A stretch of DNA of 33,963 bases from Deferribacterales bacterium (GCA_050253335.1 JBFWJG010000025.1:1-33963), one strand, 5' to 3'. Positions 8,884-16,444 are shown, counted from the stretch's first letter. Notes: a model not told the origin generated them from the letters alone. Translations and numbers: made by a program.

Positions 8884-9352
8884 GTTCTTCCTCAATGAAT
8901 ATTGTGGCTGTTCCGCCTGTTTTGGAGTAGTGGCGTTCTATGCCTTCTGTGTGGAGCTCGGAGATCATTATCTCGCAGGAGGCGAAAACCTTCGCGGAGA
9001 ATAAGTGCCCGCCGATGACCTCGCCGGATGATTTTGACATCTGTATGTGCAGGTGGCAGTCTGTTCTGCCGGATGCGTCAGGGAAGAAGTTTCCGCTCAG
9101 CCCCAGCAGTTCCAGCGGGCCTTCGATATTGTGCACGGTCATTCTGGGAACAGTGATGGGAAGCTTGGCGCCCGCTTTTATTCCCCTGAACTTCACATCC
9201 GTGACAGAGCCCAGAGCGGAAGTTACAACGGCGTGATCTATACCTATCTCCCTCACTGTCGCGGCGAGTTTTTCAACCAGATCCTCGCCCGGCTGGATTT
9301 TAATAATGAAGGTGCGCAGGAGTTTCGCTTCTTTGTACCAGACGGATTTCAT
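8876..9352 (-). CDS. DUF296 / PPC-domain protein (putative Zn-binding His triad)
   Basis: Motifs IQPGEDLV, SALGSV, ELLGLSGN and HLH...GEVIGGHL...CEI, characteristic of PF03479. Overlaps the citD stop (ATGA) and the citE start. Confidence 0.88.
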   Translation of the reverse strand: MKSVWYKEAKLLRTFIIKIQPGEDLVEKLAATVREIGIDHAVVTSALGSVTDVKFRGIKAGAKLPITVPRMTVHNIEGPLELLGLSGNFFPDASGRTDCHLHIQMSKSSGEVIGGHLFSAKVFASCEIMISELHTEGIERHYSKTGGTATIFIEEEHE

Positions 9353-9618
9353 GCTTTCTGCTCCTTTGCCCTGTTTATCACAGCTTCAACGCGTGCGGCT
9401 ATGGCGTAGTCCAGAGCGCCTCTGTCCTTTATGCGGAAAATTCCCGCCGTGATCCCCATGCGGCTGATAACCTCGGTTATCTTCGCCCTGATGAGGTGTT
9501 CGTACTGTTTTGCCACTGTGGAATCAATCTCGATGACGAGTTCATCCCCCGGCTCCGCGAAAACCATTATATCGCTGGACTGCATTGTCCCTGCCTGCGC
9601 TCTTCTGGCTATTTTCAT
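9349..9618 (-). CDS. citD: Citrate lyase acyl carrier protein (gamma chain)
   Basis: AGTMQSSD (prosthetic-group Ser), STVAKQY and DRGALDYAIAARV. Confidence 0.95.
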   Translation of the reverse strand: MKIARRAQAGTMQSSDIMVFAEPGDELVIEIDSTVAKQYEHLIRAKITEVISRMGITAGIFRIKDRGALDYAIAARVEAVINRAKEQKA

Positions 9619-9631
9619 TTTCGACCGTCCT

Positions 9632-10645
9632 TTATTTTGAGCTTTTGCAGAATTCTTCGGCTCTTGCCCGCAGCATGTCCCTGTTTTTCACAAGGTATGC
9701 ATATGTTGTTTCGGGTACAAGGTTTTTCATTTCGTCATCTTTTCCGGCAAAGAGGAGCCTGCGCACTGTGGATGCGCTTATGAGGGTTTCGCCGGAGGCT
9801 TTTCTCTGAATTTCCACCAGCTTGATGCCGTATTCGGGCATGACTCGCTTCATCGCCTCGTTGTAAAGAGAGGTGAACTCGCACAGGGGTTCCTCTCCGA
9901 CGTATCTTTTTATTATATTAAATGCAGGGGCGAAATGCTGTCCGAAAATGCGCAGGTCGGTTTCTATCTGCTGTTTTGTAACCTGTTCCTTGTTTTTGAG
10001 GAAGTATGAGGGGAAGGTTATGCGGCTTACCGCGTAGTCGCCGGAGGGGATGACATAGACATTTTTAAGATCCGCTGTGCCGCGCCTTACAAGGTCGAGC
10101 CTGTCCTGATAGGGGACGACTGACTTATCCTCCTGCACCACGAAAACGTAAACAAAGTCAGATTCAGCGGCGGCTGTTTCTATAAGGTGTCTGTGCCCCT
10201 TTGTGAAGGGGTTGCAGTTCATGACAAGGCCTGAGTTCCTGCCGTGGCGGGCCAGATTTTTCAGGTTTGCCAGATAATTTTTTATGCTTTTGCCGAATTC
10301 CAGAACGGCAACCTTATCGGTTGTGCATAATCTGGTGAAGTTCAGGCTTTCAAAATGAAGTGCGTACATGGGCTTCGTGAATACGAAAAGGTGATCGCAA
10401 CCTGCCTGAAAAGCGTCTGTTATGAGTGCGTTTATGATTTCGGAGAATGCGCCTGTGCTCTGATATTCCTCATCCACAGCGACCATTTTCAGAATGTTAT
10501 GGTCTCTGGCGCCTGCGGCAGTGAGGCGGCCGTCTTCATAGATGCCCAGAAAAACTTCGTGGGCGGGGTCATAGTCAAGCCCTGCGTCTTTCAGAAGGCT
10601 GACTGCTTCGCGGATCTGTGCTTCGCCTGTGATATAGCTGTGCAT
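9632..10645 (-). CDS. citC: [Citrate (pro-3S)-lyase] ligase
   Basis: N-terminal GNAT-like domain, plus MNCNPFTKGH, FVVQED, SRITFPSYF, RYVGEEP and ISASTVR. Confidence 0.96.
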   Translation of the reverse strand: MHSYITGEAQIREAVSLLKDAGLDYDPAHEVFLGIYEDGRLTAAGARDHNILKMVAVDEEYQSTGAFSEIINALITDAFQAGCDHLFVFTKPMYALHFESLNFTRLCTTDKVAVLEFGKSIKNYLANLKNLARHGRNSGLVMNCNPFTKGHRHLIETAAAESDFVYVFVVQEDKSVVPYQDRLDLVRRGTADLKNVYVIPSGDYAVSRITFPSYFLKNKEQVTKQQIETDLRIFGQHFAPAFNIIKRYVGEEPLCEFTSLYNEAMKRVMPEYGIKLVEIQRKASGETLISASTVRRLLFAGKDDEMKNLVPETTYAYLVKNRDMLRARAEEFCKSSK

Positions 10646-10684
10646 GTCCTACCTTATGGTATTTTCCAAAATCTATATAGCATT

Positions 10685-10732
10685 GTTTTGTTTTCAGAGC
10701 AATGGGGCAATAAAGGAATTATAGGTTTTTCT
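10685..10732 (-). promoter_or_regulatory. Putative regulator-binding region upstream of citC (9-bp phased repeats)
   Basis: On the + strand, GGCAATAAA/GGAATTATA/GGTTTTTCT at 10706-10732 and GTTTTGTTT at 10685. Resembles the region upstream of the dcu gene. Confidence 0.35.
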
Positions 10733-10756
10733 TATCCGTTCTATCGGGCTTATGAA

Positions 10757-11080
10757 TTAACGTGCGTTTGCTGTAATGTTTTCCGAAAGTATTTCAATGA
10801 CTTCCACACCTCCGCAGCTTGATTTGATTATTTTGTTTACTGAGATTTTGAGGCTGTACTCTCCGGCTCTGTCAAAATTCAGGATGAGGCTTCCGTTGTC
10901 CTCCGATGCGTGCACCCCTTCCTCCGGTTTTACGCTCACAGTGTAAAATTCGCCTCCGCCGGTCTTTGCCTGCGGTATTTTCACATGTGTTTTCACTGCT
11001 GTTCCCGCCGCTGTCTCGTAATCCGCCGCGCACAGGGTTAGTGAAGCAAGTAAAAAGAAAAGGATTAGGAATGCTTTCAT
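10757..11080 (-). CDS. Hypothetical exported protein
   Basis: AGGAG RBS, signal peptide MKAFLILFFLLASLTLCA, beta-rich-looking mature part and a KSSCGG motif near the C-terminus. Confidence 0.65.
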   Translation of the reverse strand: MKAFLILFFLLASLTLCAADYETAAGTAVKTHVKIPQAKTGGGEFYTVSVKPEEGVHASEDNGSLILNFDRAGEYSLKISVNKIIKSSCGGVEVIEILSENITANAR

Positions 11081-11102
11081 TCTGCGGCTCCTGAAAAGAG
11101 AT

Positions 11103-11127
11103 AAGCCGGGTGCGTCACACCCGGCTT
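11103..11127 (-). terminator. Hairpin after the Fe-S subunit gene (possible terminator or processing site)
   Basis: AAGCCGGGTG-cgtca-CACCCGGCTT is a perfect 10-bp inverted repeat; the minus-strand U-tract is weak. Confidence 0.5.
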
Positions 11128-11150
11128 TCAGATATGCTGTTCAGATGGAA

Positions 11151-11726
11151 CTATAAATCCTTCTCGTTCAGAACGAGTTTGGGTCTGGACGCTTCCACGA
11201 ACCTTGTGGAGGGGTTCAGCTCCTCAAATTTTTCAAACCCCGCCGGATACTGCTTCACATAGTCGGGGAGTTTATCGCCTGTTATTTCTGTCAGGCTAAG
11301 CGCACCTGCTGGGCAGCCCTGAACACAGGCGGGGAGAAGCCCTGCGTCAATACGCTCAACGCACATACTGCATTTTTCCGCACGCTGAAGCACTGTGTTG
11401 TCCGCAGGAGCTCCGTATGAACAGGCTTCTATGCACTGGCGGCAGTACACGCATTTGTCGGCGGAGTGGACAACTATGCCGTCCTTCTCCCTCTTCACAT
11501 GCGCCCCGACCGGGCACACTTCCACGCACACGGGTGATGCGCAGTGGTTGCACGCCAGAGAGTAAAAGGCTCTGTCCCTGTGCGGGTAGTCCTTCTGAGC
11601 GAGGGGCTGAAGCTTTCTCCATACCACGCCTTTTTCCTGATGGTACTGGTTTTTACATGCCATGGCGCAGGAGTAGCAGCCGATGCACTTTTTGGAATTT
11701 ACAAGGAATGCGAGCTGTTTTTTCAT
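11151..11726 (-). CDS. 4Fe-4S electron-transfer subunit (DmsB/PsrB-like, four clusters)
   Basis: Sixteen Cys in four groups: CIGCYSCAMAC, CNHCASPVCVEVCP, CVYCRQCIEAC and CSMC...CVQGCP. Confidence 0.94.
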   Translation of the reverse strand: MKKQLAFLVNSKKCIGCYSCAMACKNQYHQEKGVVWRKLQPLAQKDYPHRDRAFYSLACNHCASPVCVEVCPVGAHVKREKDGIVVHSADKCVYCRQCIEACSYGAPADNTVLQRAEKCSMCVERIDAGLLPACVQGCPAGALSLTEITGDKLPDYVKQYPAGFEKFEELNPSTRFVEASRPKLVLNEKDL

Positions 11727-11738
11727 ATCCGTTTCTCC

Positions 11739-14003
11739 TTACGCCTTGGCTATTTCTGCGAACTGGTCGTGTATGGCAACGCCCGGTGCGCCTGTTTTGA
11801 ATGTTCCCATGTCCGCTTCGGCATCGTCCACCAGCTCCTGAACATTGAAGTCTGTTTTGCCGCCGAACCATGCCTCATAAAGCACGAGGACATCCTCCGC
11901 TATTATGTCTGTGATTCTCGCCTTTACGGTTACACTGCCTGTTTTGTTGGTGAGCTTCACCGTTTCGCCGTCTTTTATCCCTTTCTTAGCCGCCGCCTTG
12001 GGGTTGATGTATACATAAGGCTCAGGGTTGAAGTCGCGCATGTAGTCAAGGTTGTTGAACTGAGAGTGCAGGCCGAACTGCGTGTGCGGGGTGAGCACAC
12101 GGAACCTGTCGTATGCCTTTCTCGGCGCTTTATATTCGGGGAGCTTGGAGTGTCCGTATTCCGCCGCGAGGTCTGAGCTGAACTCGTATTTCCCTGACGG
12201 GGTGCCGAATTTCAGGTCGTTCCATGACGCGCTGGAGGGGAGCTGAGCCTTGCGGGGGCCTTTTTTCAGGTCTTCCCAGCTTTTGATTCCGAACAGCTTG
12301 TGGATTCCGTCGTTAAACTCCTTTTCCATCCAGACTCTGGTGTCTGTTATCTGCGGGAATGTGCAGGAACCCGCCTCAAGCTCGTTCATTTTTTTGGAGA
12401 GCATGGCGGCTATCTGGAGGTCGGATTTGGCTTCGTACTGCTCCGGTATTGCTTTCTCATTAAGCCCTATCCAGTAATGCCAGTAGGAAACATTGACCGT
12501 GTATTCCTCAAACAGAGTGGTGCAGGGGAGAACAATGTCGGAATTTTCAACAGTCTCGTTGAAGAACTGATCCACGGTTACAACCATCTCCAGCTTGTCG
12601 AACGCCTTTTTCAGCTTGTTGCGGTCAAAGTCCTGCGCAAACGGGTTTTTGCAGGCAACCCAGAGGAGCCTTATGGGCGGTTCGTTTGTGGTGAGGATTG
12701 ATTCTGCTATCTTGTTGATGTTTATCGTTCTGTCGGAATAGGCCGCCTGTTTGCTTTCTGTTTTGTCAAACTCGCTCTTGATTTTGTCCTTGCCGAGGTA
12801 GCCCACTGAGCCTTCCGGCTGTTTCTGCACCATGGCGTTATAGTTGAAGCCCCATGTGTGAAGGTGGCCGTATCTCGCTCCGCCTCCTTCAACGCCTATG
12901 TTGCCTGTCATAGCCGCGACAGCGTCAATGGCGCGGACATTCACCCCGCCGTTCGCATGGCGCTGGAGGCCGTAGCCCGCCCAGATTGTGGCGGGTTTTG
13001 CTGATGCGAACTCCTCTGCAATCTGTCTGATTATTTTTGCGGGAACGCCGGATTTTTTGGCTGCCCACTCGACTGTCACATTCTTTTTCAGGTATGCGGC
13101 AAATTCTTCAAAGCCTTTGCTGTGCTTTTCCACAAACTCTTTATCAACAAGCTTTTTGTCCAGAATATGCCTTGCCATTCCGAGGGCGAGCGAGCCGTCT
13201 TCGGATGTTTTCACCCTTATGTAAAGGTCCGCCTTTGCCGCTGTCTGGGTCATTATGGGGTCGATTACCACAACCTTTGCGCCCCTTTCCTGAGCTTCAT
13301 AGACAAACTTCATGGAGTGTACGGAGTTCCACGCGGGGTTGCCGCCCCAGATTATTATATATTTCGACTTGACCATATCTTCGGGGTCGTTGCACCACAT
13401 GTTGCCCATGTCAAAGTTCTGGGCATCTATTCCCGCAGGCCAGCAGGGTGTGCCCACGAACCTTGTGGTGTAGCCGAGGGAGCTCATCATCCCCTCAACA
13501 CCGTAGTGGGTTATGCCGAAGTTGCCGGAATATTTGTCCAGAGCCATTCCGAGGAGTGAGCCGTCCTTCTTTTTGATCTCAAGGATTTTGTTTGAGATCT
13601 CTGTCAGCGCCTCATCCCAGCTTATCCTTTTCCAGTTGCCCGTGCCCCTGCCTATCTGCTTCATGGGGTATTTTATCCTGTCGGGGCTGTAGACCCTTCT
13701 GGGATAGCTGAAACCCTTCACGCAGAGCGCGCCTCCGGTGAATGTTGACTCCTGCGCACCCTCAACGAACTTGAGCACGCCGTCTTTTACGTATGACTTT
13801 ATGCTGCATGTGTCGTAGCAGTTTCTGGGACAGGCATTGCGGAAAGTTTCGTATCCGCCTTCATAATGCGTTCTTTCCCATTCTGCCGCCTGAAGAATGC
13901 CCGAGGGGAGCGACGAGAGTATGCCCGCCGCTGCCGCACTTTTGAGAAACGAACGTCTGCTCAGGGGGCAGAGCGCCGTTTCCTTCAATAAATCAGTCTT
14001 CAT
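11739..14003 (-). CDS. Tat-exported molybdopterin (DMSO reductase superfamily) oxidoreductase catalytic subunit, substrate unknown
   Basis: Tat motif SRRSFLK, N-terminal Fe-S motif CPRNCYDTC...LCVKG, DRIKYPM, ISWDEAL, putative Mo-ligand Cys in GTPCWPAG, WGGNP and TPHTQFGLHSQF. Start ATG 14003 (AAGGAG RBS) overlaps the chaperone stop. Confidence 0.94.
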   Translation of the reverse strand: MKTDLLKETALCPLSRRSFLKSAAAAGILSSLPSGILQAAEWERTHYEGGYETFRNACPRNCYDTCSIKSYVKDGVLKFVEGAQESTFTGGALCVKGFSYPRRVYSPDRIKYPMKQIGRGTGNWKRISWDEALTEISNKILEIKKKDGSLLGMALDKYSGNFGITHYGVEGMMSSLGYTTRFVGTPCWPAGIDAQNFDMGNMWCNDPEDMVKSKYIIIWGGNPAWNSVHSMKFVYEAQERGAKVVVIDPIMTQTAAKADLYIRVKTSEDGSLALGMARHILDKKLVDKEFVEKHSKGFEEFAAYLKKNVTVEWAAKKSGVPAKIIRQIAEEFASAKPATIWAGYGLQRHANGGVNVRAIDAVAAMTGNIGVEGGGARYGHLHTWGFNYNAMVQKQPEGSVGYLGKDKIKSEFDKTESKQAAYSDRTININKIAESILTTNEPPIRLLWVACKNPFAQDFDRNKLKKAFDKLEMVVTVDQFFNETVENSDIVLPCTTLFEEYTVNVSYWHYWIGLNEKAIPEQYEAKSDLQIAAMLSKKMNELEAGSCTFPQITDTRVWMEKEFNDGIHKLFGIKSWEDLKKGPRKAQLPSSASWNDLKFGTPSGKYEFSSDLAAEYGHSKLPEYKAPRKAYDRFRVLTPHTQFGLHSQFNNLDYMRDFNPEPYVYINPKAAAKKGIKDGETVKLTNKTGSVTVKARITDIIAEDVLVLYEAWFGGKTDFNVQELVDDAEADMGTFKTGAPGVAIHDQFAEIAKA

Positions 14004-14551
14004 ACTTTCTCCTTTGACATCACCATGGATGTCACCTCGTTTTTGATCCATCCGTTAAGAAGATTAAGCACATGCACAACCGCCGATGATTCATCCGCAT
14101 GTTCCTTTGCGCGTTCCACGAAGCGGGGAATCCACAGATACATATGCAGTGCCGTAAGCTGTTCATAGAGTTCCGTGAAGTTTCCGTCCGCCTCTTTCAG
14201 GCGGCTGATCAGACAGCAGGCGTCAAGCTCCGCCGGAAGCAGATCTTCCGGCATTCTGCCCTTGGCGGTGAGGCTGAGGCCTGCATTTTCGTATATTGAT
14301 TTGACTTTTTCTGTGATTTCGCCGTTGATGCGCCCTTCAGGGTCAAGATAAACAGAAGCCGCCATGGGAGCCTTGGGCGGCATGGGGCCTATGAAAAGCC
14401 TGTTGAACAGGAACTCCTCCTCATCCCAGTTGATTCCGCTGTCTGCTCCGCTTTCTGCCTGTGTGATGCGTGCGTATGCTTCCTGCATTTTTTCTTTTGT
14501 GCCGTAATGAAAAAAATCCCGGAAGGCTTCAATCAGTCCAATTGAATCCAT
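14000..14551 (-). CDS. TorD/DmsD-family redox enzyme maturation chaperone
   Basis: FNRLFIGP..PKAPMAASVY, a PEDLLPAEL variant of PxDHxxxEL, and HMYLWIPRF. Immediately upstream of the Mo enzyme. Confidence 0.85.
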   Translation of the reverse strand: MDSIGLIEAFRDFFHYGTKEKMQEAYARITQAESGADSGINWDEEEFLFNRLFIGPMPPKAPMAASVYLDPEGRINGEITEKVKSIYENAGLSLTAKGRMPEDLLPAELDACCLISRLKEADGNFTELYEQLTALHMYLWIPRFVERAKEHADESSAVVHVLNLLNGWIKNEVTSMVMSKEKV

Positions 14552-14555
14552 AACC

Positions 14556-14649
14556 GTACCCTCTTTTTGTTTAGGGTATGATAGTTCTTATGGAATAGGG
14601 GATAAACGTGGGGAAAAGGGTATTTATCGGGTATGGATTCATACCCGAT
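14556..14649 (-). promoter_or_regulatory. Putative LuxR/NarL-type operator array upstream of the chaperone-Mo enzyme operon
   Basis: Perfect inverted repeat ATCGGGTATG-gatt-CATACCCGAT (14626-14649), plus further GGGTA/TACCC half-sites at ~14557, ~14574 and ~14618. Confidence 0.55.
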
Positions 14650-14660
14650 GACGCATGATT

Positions 14661-16313
14661 TTATCTGTTGTTAAGATAAGTGAACAGGCTCACATCCCTT
14701 CCGCTCAGTCCGAGCTTTTTGCGGATGTTTTTTCTGTGGGTCTGCACTGTGTCGAAGGAGATATTCATGCTTTCGGCTATCTCCTTGCTGTCCGAGCCGG
14801 ACTGGATAAGCCGGCAGATCTGTATCTCCGCCTTTGTGAGCTTCGCCATGTTTGCGGCGTTGAGGGTGTCTGTTCCTTCTGTCAGCCCCGCAAGGAGGTC
14901 TCTTATTATTCCGGCGTACATGTTTCTTATTTCCGGGCTGGTTTCAGCGGCAAGCTTCTGAACAGACGGGATTATATTTGTCACCACTTTCTGGGAGATG
15001 CTGAGCATCAGTTCTTCCTTCTCTCTGTCTATTGTTTTGAGCACGTTCCGCAGAGTGACGTTCATCTCCTCCGCCTTGGCTTTCTCCTCTTTGAGGTGCT
15101 CCTCCATCGCCTTCTGGCGGGTGATGTTGCGGATTATTATGTGGAAGAAGTCTCCGCTGTCCAGCCGGAACCTGTTGAGAGTTATACTTGCGGGGAAGGT
15201 TTCCCCCTGAGCGGTCACTCCGCTGAATTCGCCGTTCCATATCTCCCCTTCGGGCATGAGCATGGCGGAGCGCATGGCGTCTATGCTGCCCGGATGGATG
15301 AAGCGGACACAGCTTTTACCTTCGATCTCCTTTTCCGGCAGGCCGAAAATCTCTGCCGCTTTGAGGTTGGCCTGAACAATTTTCAGGCTGCTGTCTGCGA
15401 GGATTATCCCCTCGCCCGCGGAGGAGAAGAGGGAGCGGAAAAGCTTCTCGGATTCCGCAAGCTCCTGAGTGCGCTTGGTCACTTCCTGCTCAAGCCTCAT
15501 GCGCTGGTCTGCTATGTATGTTATGTCATTGAGGACAATCACATAGCCTTCCGAGGCGAGGGAGACTTTTTTAAGGGGTATTATCACAAGAGAATATATC
15601 GAACTGCCGTCCGGCGTGGTGATTTCATGGGTTTTATCAAACGGATAGCGGTCAAGGAATTCCGCGAAGCCGCACTCCGGTCTGAAAACATCCAGAACAT
15701 TGAGCCCTTCTGTTTTTTCGCCGAATTTCTTTCTGGCAGAGGCGTTCATTTCCAGTATCTGCCCTTCTCCGCTTACCGTAATGAACAGATCCGAGGCGGA
15801 TTCCAGTATGTTCTCGAATTTGTTTTTAAGAAGAGTGAGTTCACGGTTCTTATTCTGGAGAATCGTGGCTGTTTCGGCGGCATTGCGCGAATGCCAGTCG
15901 GCAACGGTGATGGTCTCCATCGCGTCCAGAATCCTGCGGAGCTCTATGTAGTTCAGGAGTTTTTCCGCAGGGTCGGCGTCTTGTTCCAGAATGATGTCCT
16001 CAACGGCGTGCAGAAGGGTTTTAAAACAGCCGAAGAATGATTCCTCGCTTATTCCCCGTTCATAGTGCCTGTGAGCCGATTTGAGAAGAAATTCCGCTAT
16101 GTTCCTGCCGTTTCGGAGAACAGCGGGAAAATCGGGGGGAAGTCCCTGATTTATATATGTGCGGACGGGGATGATTATCCCGCGCAGGCTGAGGATGCAG
16201 TCTTCCCTTTTTGCGGTGGTATGCTCCAGATAGCCGGCGCTCTTCATGCGCTCCGTCCAGTTTGTGAGAAAGGTTTCTGTTTCCTGTATTATATGTTCAA
16301 GGAGATTTTCCAA
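14661..16313 (-). CDS. One-component transcriptional regulator: helical N-terminal sensor domain + two PAS domains + LuxR-type HTH
   Basis: PAS starts FENILESASDLFITVS...EMNASA and FRSLFSSAGEGIILAD...ANLKA, and C-terminal LTKAEIQICRLI...SKEIAESMNISFDTVQTHRKNIRKKLGL. TTG start with GGGAGG RBS. Confidence 0.92.
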   Translation of the reverse strand: MENLLEHIIQETETFLTNWTERMKSAGYLEHTTAKREDCILSLRGIIIPVRTYINQGLPPDFPAVLRNGRNIAEFLLKSAHRHYERGISEESFFGCFKTLLHAVEDIILEQDADPAEKLLNYIELRRILDAMETITVADWHSRNAAETATILQNKNRELTLLKNKFENILESASDLFITVSGEGQILEMNASARKKFGEKTEGLNVLDVFRPECGFAEFLDRYPFDKTHEITTPDGSSIYSLVIIPLKKVSLASEGYVIVLNDITYIADQRMRLEQEVTKRTQELAESEKLFRSLFSSAGEGIILADSSLKIVQANLKAAEIFGLPEKEIEGKSCVRFIHPGSIDAMRSAMLMPEGEIWNGEFSGVTAQGETFPASITLNRFRLDSGDFFHIIIRNITRQKAMEEHLKEEKAKAEEMNVTLRNVLKTIDREKEELMLSISQKVVTNIIPSVQKLAAETSPEIRNMYAGIIRDLLAGLTEGTDTLNAANMAKLTKAEIQICRLIQSGSDSKEIAESMNISFDTVQTHRKNIRKKLGLSGRDVSLFTYLNNR

Positions 16314-16422
16314 ATCAAACGACCTCCCGCAGACCTGATAAAGAATGGTTTATTAATTATAATAAATCAACTGTAAATTAGCAGGATAACGTCCTGCCGT
16401 TCCGGGTATAACGCTGATAAGA

Positions 16423-16444
16423 GCCGCCCTAGGTGCAGGGCGGC
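16423..16444 (-). terminator. Hairpin downstream of the flavoprotein gene
   Basis: GCCGCCCT-aggtgc-AGGGCGGC, 11 nt past the stop; weak U-tract. Confidence 0.45.

Noticed and set aside
11739..14003. Selenocysteine or formate dehydrogenase assignment for the Mo enzyme
   Set aside because: There is no in-frame TGA, and the ligand Cys is followed by Trp rather than the Fdh His.
14004..14051. Longer ORF-track starts for the Mo enzyme (14051), and likewise coxD (1253), cytochrome c (4631), citE (8895) and HxlR (17111)
   Set aside because: Downstream ATGs have clear RBSs, give family-typical N-termini and reduce or avoid overlaps.
14655..16040. 461-aa plus-strand ORF
   Set aside because: It is essentially entirely antisense to the well-supported PAS-LuxR gene and has no recognisable motifs; a shadow ORF.
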